Source: Rhodocyclaceae bacterium
GTDB taxonomy: Bacteria; Pseudomonadota; Gammaproteobacteria; Burkholderiales; Rhodocyclaceae
Length of the DNA stretch: 64,000 nucleotides
Reading direction: 5' to 3'
Assembly (NCBI GenBank): GCA_024710925.1
Contig: JANJTW010000057.1
Span: 4,888 to 68,887, forward strand
Shown here: in pieces, positions 61,821-64,000 of the stretch
How the letters are laid out: each line of letters opens with the position of its first letter
How positions within the stretch are numbered: the first letter of the stretch is position 1
Translations under genes and position numbers: made by a program
The notes under the pieces: generated by a model
What the model was told of the DNA's origin: nothing
Database searches by the model: none
What the model saw: the letters and a program-made list of their open reading frames with translations, nothing else

Positions 61821-62885
61821 ATGACCATCCTCGTCACCGGCGGTGCCGGCTTCATCGGCGCCAATTTCGTCCTCGACTGGCTGGCCCGGTCGGACGAACC
61901 CGTCGTCAACCTCGACAAGCTGACCTACGCCGGCAACCTCGAGAACCTCAAGTCGCTGCAGGGCGATGCGCGCCACCTTTTCGTGCGCGGCGACATCGGC
62001 GACCGCGAACTGGTCGCTGCGCTGCTCGCGCAGCACAAGCCGCGCGCGGTTGTCAGCTTCGCCGCCGAGAGCCACGTCGACCGCTCGATCCACGGCCCGG
62101 GTGAATTCATCCAGACCAACATCGTCGGTACCTTCACCCTGCTCGAGTGCGTGCGCGCCCACTACGCGACGCTCGCCGACGCCGAGCGGCAGGCCTTCCG
62201 CTTCCTGCACGTGTCGACCGACGAGGTGTACGGCTCGCTGGCGACGGACGACCCGCCCTTCACCGAAAGCAACCCCTACCAGCCGAACAGCCCGTACTCG
62301 GCGTCGAAGGCGGCCTCCGACCACCTCGTGCGCGCCTACCACCACACCTACGGCCTGCCGGTGCTGACGACCAATTGCTCGAACAACTACGGCCCGTACC
62401 AGTTCCCGGAAAAGCTGATCCCGCTGATGATCCACAACGCGCTGGCCGGCAAGCCGCTGCCGATCTACGGCGATGGCCAGCAGATCCGCGACTGGCTGTT
62501 CGTCGGCGATCACTGCGCGGCGATCCGCCGCGTGCTGGAAGCCGGTCGTCTGGGCGAGGTGTACAACATCGGCGGCTGGAACGAGATGCCGAACCTGCAG
62601 ATCGTGCACACGCTGTGCGACCTGCTCGACGCGGCGCGACCGAAGGCCGCCGGCTCCTACCGCGACCAGATCACCTACGTCACCGACCGTCCCGGCCACG
62701 ATCGCCGTTACGCGATCGACGCGAGGAAGATCGAGCGTGAGCTCGGCTGGCGGCCGGCGGAGACCTTCGATACCGGCATCCGCAAGACCGTCCAGTGGTA
62801 TCTCGACAACGCCGGCTGGGTCGCCGACGTGACTTCCGGCGCCTACCGGCAATGGACCGAACAGAACTACGGGCAGCGCGCATGA
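61821..62885 (+). CDS. rfbB: dTDP-glucose 4,6-dehydratase
   Basis: [22 protein letters not shown] and [11 protein letters not shown] motifs. Confidence 0.95.
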   Translation: MTILVTGGAGFIGANFVLDWLARSDEPVVNLDKLTYAGNLENLKSLQGDARHLFVRGDIGDRELVAALLAQHKPRAVVSFAAESHVDRSIHGPGEFIQTNIVGTFTLLECVRAHYATLADAERQAFRFLHVSTDEVYGSLATDDPPFTESNPYQPNSPYSASKAASDHLVRAYHHTYGLPVLTTNCSNNYGPYQFPEKLIPLMIHNALAGKPLPIYGDGQQIRDWLFVGDHCAAIRRVLEAGRLGEVYNIGGWNEMPNLQIVHTLCDLLDAARPKAAGSYRDQITYVTDRPGHDRRYAIDARKIERELGWRPAETFDTGIRKTVQWYLDNAGWVADVTSGAYRQWTEQNYGQRA

Positions 62886-63793
62886 CGCCGATCCTGCTCT
62901 TCGGCTGCGACGGCCAGGTTGGCTGGCAGCTGCAGCGCGCGCTGTCGCCGCTCGGCGTCGTCACCGCGCTCGACCGCGCGCAATGCGACCTCGCCGACCC
63001 GGCGGCGATCCGTGCGGCGATCGCCGCGGTGAAGCCGCGCATCATCGTGAACGCCGCCGCCTACACGGCAGTGGACCGCGCCGAGAGCGAGCCGGCTCTG
63101 GCGCGGGCGGTCAACGCCACGGCGCCGACGGTGATGGCCGAGGCGGCGAAACCGCTCGGCGCGCTGCTCGTCCATTACTCGACCGATTACGTCTTCGACG
63201 GCAGCAAGCCGGCGCCCTACGTCGAGAGCGACCCGACCTGTCCGCTCTCGGTCTACGGCGCGAGCAAACGCGACGGCGAGGACGGCATCCTCGCCGCCGG
63301 CGGTCGCGCGCTGATCTTCCGCACCAGTTGGGTGTTCGGCGCGCGCGGCCACAACTTCGTCAAGACCGTGCTGCGGCTTGCCGGCGAAGGGAAAGCGCTG
63401 CGCATCGTCGACGACCAGGTCGGCGCGCCGACGCCGGCGGCGCTGATCTCCGACGTCACCGGCCAGATCCTCGCCGCGACGCGGCGCGGCAGCGAAATCG
63501 GCGACTCCCGCCTGTACCATCTCGCCGCCGCCGACCCGGTCAGCTGGTGCGGCTTCGCCCGCGAAATCCTGCGTCTGGCGGCAACGACGCCGGGCCTTGA
63601 AGGCCTGCCGACGCCGGAATCGGTGGCCGCCATCGGCACCGCCGACTATCCGACACCGGCGCGCCGGCCGGCGAATTCGCGCCTCGACTGCGGCAGGCTC
63701 GAAGACGACTTCGACCTCGACCTGCCCGACTGGCGCCCCTTCCTTTCCCGCATGCTGCAACTTCTCGCCCTGAAGAAATCGAATGGCTACTAA
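62882..63793 (+). CDS. rfbD: dTDP-4-dehydrorhamnose reductase
   Basis: [23 protein letters not shown] and YGASKRDGE motifs. The ATGA start overlaps the rfbB stop. Confidence 0.9.
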   Translation: MTPILLFGCDGQVGWQLQRALSPLGVVTALDRAQCDLADPAAIRAAIAAVKPRIIVNAAAYTAVDRAESEPALARAVNATAPTVMAEAAKPLGALLVHYSTDYVFDGSKPAPYVESDPTCPLSVYGASKRDGEDGILAAGGRALIFRTSWVFGARGHNFVKTVLRLAGEGKALRIVDDQVGAPTPAALISDVTGQILAATRRGSEIGDSRLYHLAAADPVSWCGFAREILRLAATTPGLEGLPTPESVAAIGTADYPTPARRPANSRLDCGRLEDDFDLDLPDWRPFLSRMLQLLALKKSNGY

Positions 63794-64000
63794 ACGCAAA
63801 GGCATCATCCTCGCCGGCGGCGCCGGCACCCGCCTGCACCCGGCGACGCTGTCCGTCTCCAAGCAGCTGCTGCCGGTGTTCGACAAGCCGATGATCTACT
63901 ACCCGCTGACGACGCTGATGCTCGCCGGCATCCGCGAGATCCTGGTGATCTCGACGCCGCAGGACACGCCGCGCTTCGAGCAGCTGCTCGGCGACGGTTC
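63783..64000 (+). CDS. rfbA: Glucose-1-phosphate thymidylyltransferase, 5' partial (runs off the window)
   Basis: My own translation from ATG 63783 gives [42 protein letters not shown]..., the canonical RmlA N-terminus. Confidence 0.85.
   Translation, partial: MATKRKGIILAGGAGTRLHPATLSVSKQLLPVFDKPMIYYPLTTLMLAGIREILVISTPQDTPRFEQLLGDG

Overview
High-GC proteobacterial chromosome segment. Gene content and synteny (nadD-rsfS-rlmH-maf, pcm-rhodanese-tolC-waaA-waaC, Pseudomonas-type thrB) suggest a betaproteobacterium, possibly Rhodocyclales-like; this is inference only. I call about 64 protein genes, one tRNA-Arg(CCG), several intrinsic terminators, two sigma70-like promoters, a TetR operator and one family of tandem hairpin repeats. 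There are no rRNA genes, CRISPR arrays, intact mobile elements or intact prophages. Most of the window is housekeeping backbone: polA, rep, rng, thrB, nadD, LPS core genes and the dTDP-rhamnose genes. Positions 898-13662 hold a cobalamin lower-pathway/salvage cluster (btuF, cobD, cbiB, cobQ, cobU, cobT, cobS, cobC). It is split into four transcription units and interleaved with signalling genes. The items most worth a second look are: (1) an orphan PotD-like binding protein and a periplasmic-sensor diguanylate cyclase, translationally coupled to cobU; (2) a TonB-dependent-receptor-like barrel, a YfiR-like protein and a CHASE8-like GGDEF-EAL enzyme in one operon; (3) a CbbR-like regulator divergent from TerB-like, SbtA-like and PII-like genes, with an intrinsic terminator 5 nt from the sbtA-like start codon; (4) a stand-alone NERD-nuclease/SF1-helicase fusion; (5) a dispersed 45-49 nt hairpin repeat with compensatory substitutions that supplies the stop codon of two genes; (6) a decayed phage/island remnant between cphE and polA. 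The many very long Arg/Ala/Pro/Gly-rich ORFs in the six-frame track are high-GC antisense or off-frame artefacts and are not called. All functional calls rest on my recognition of protein motifs. No database search was run.
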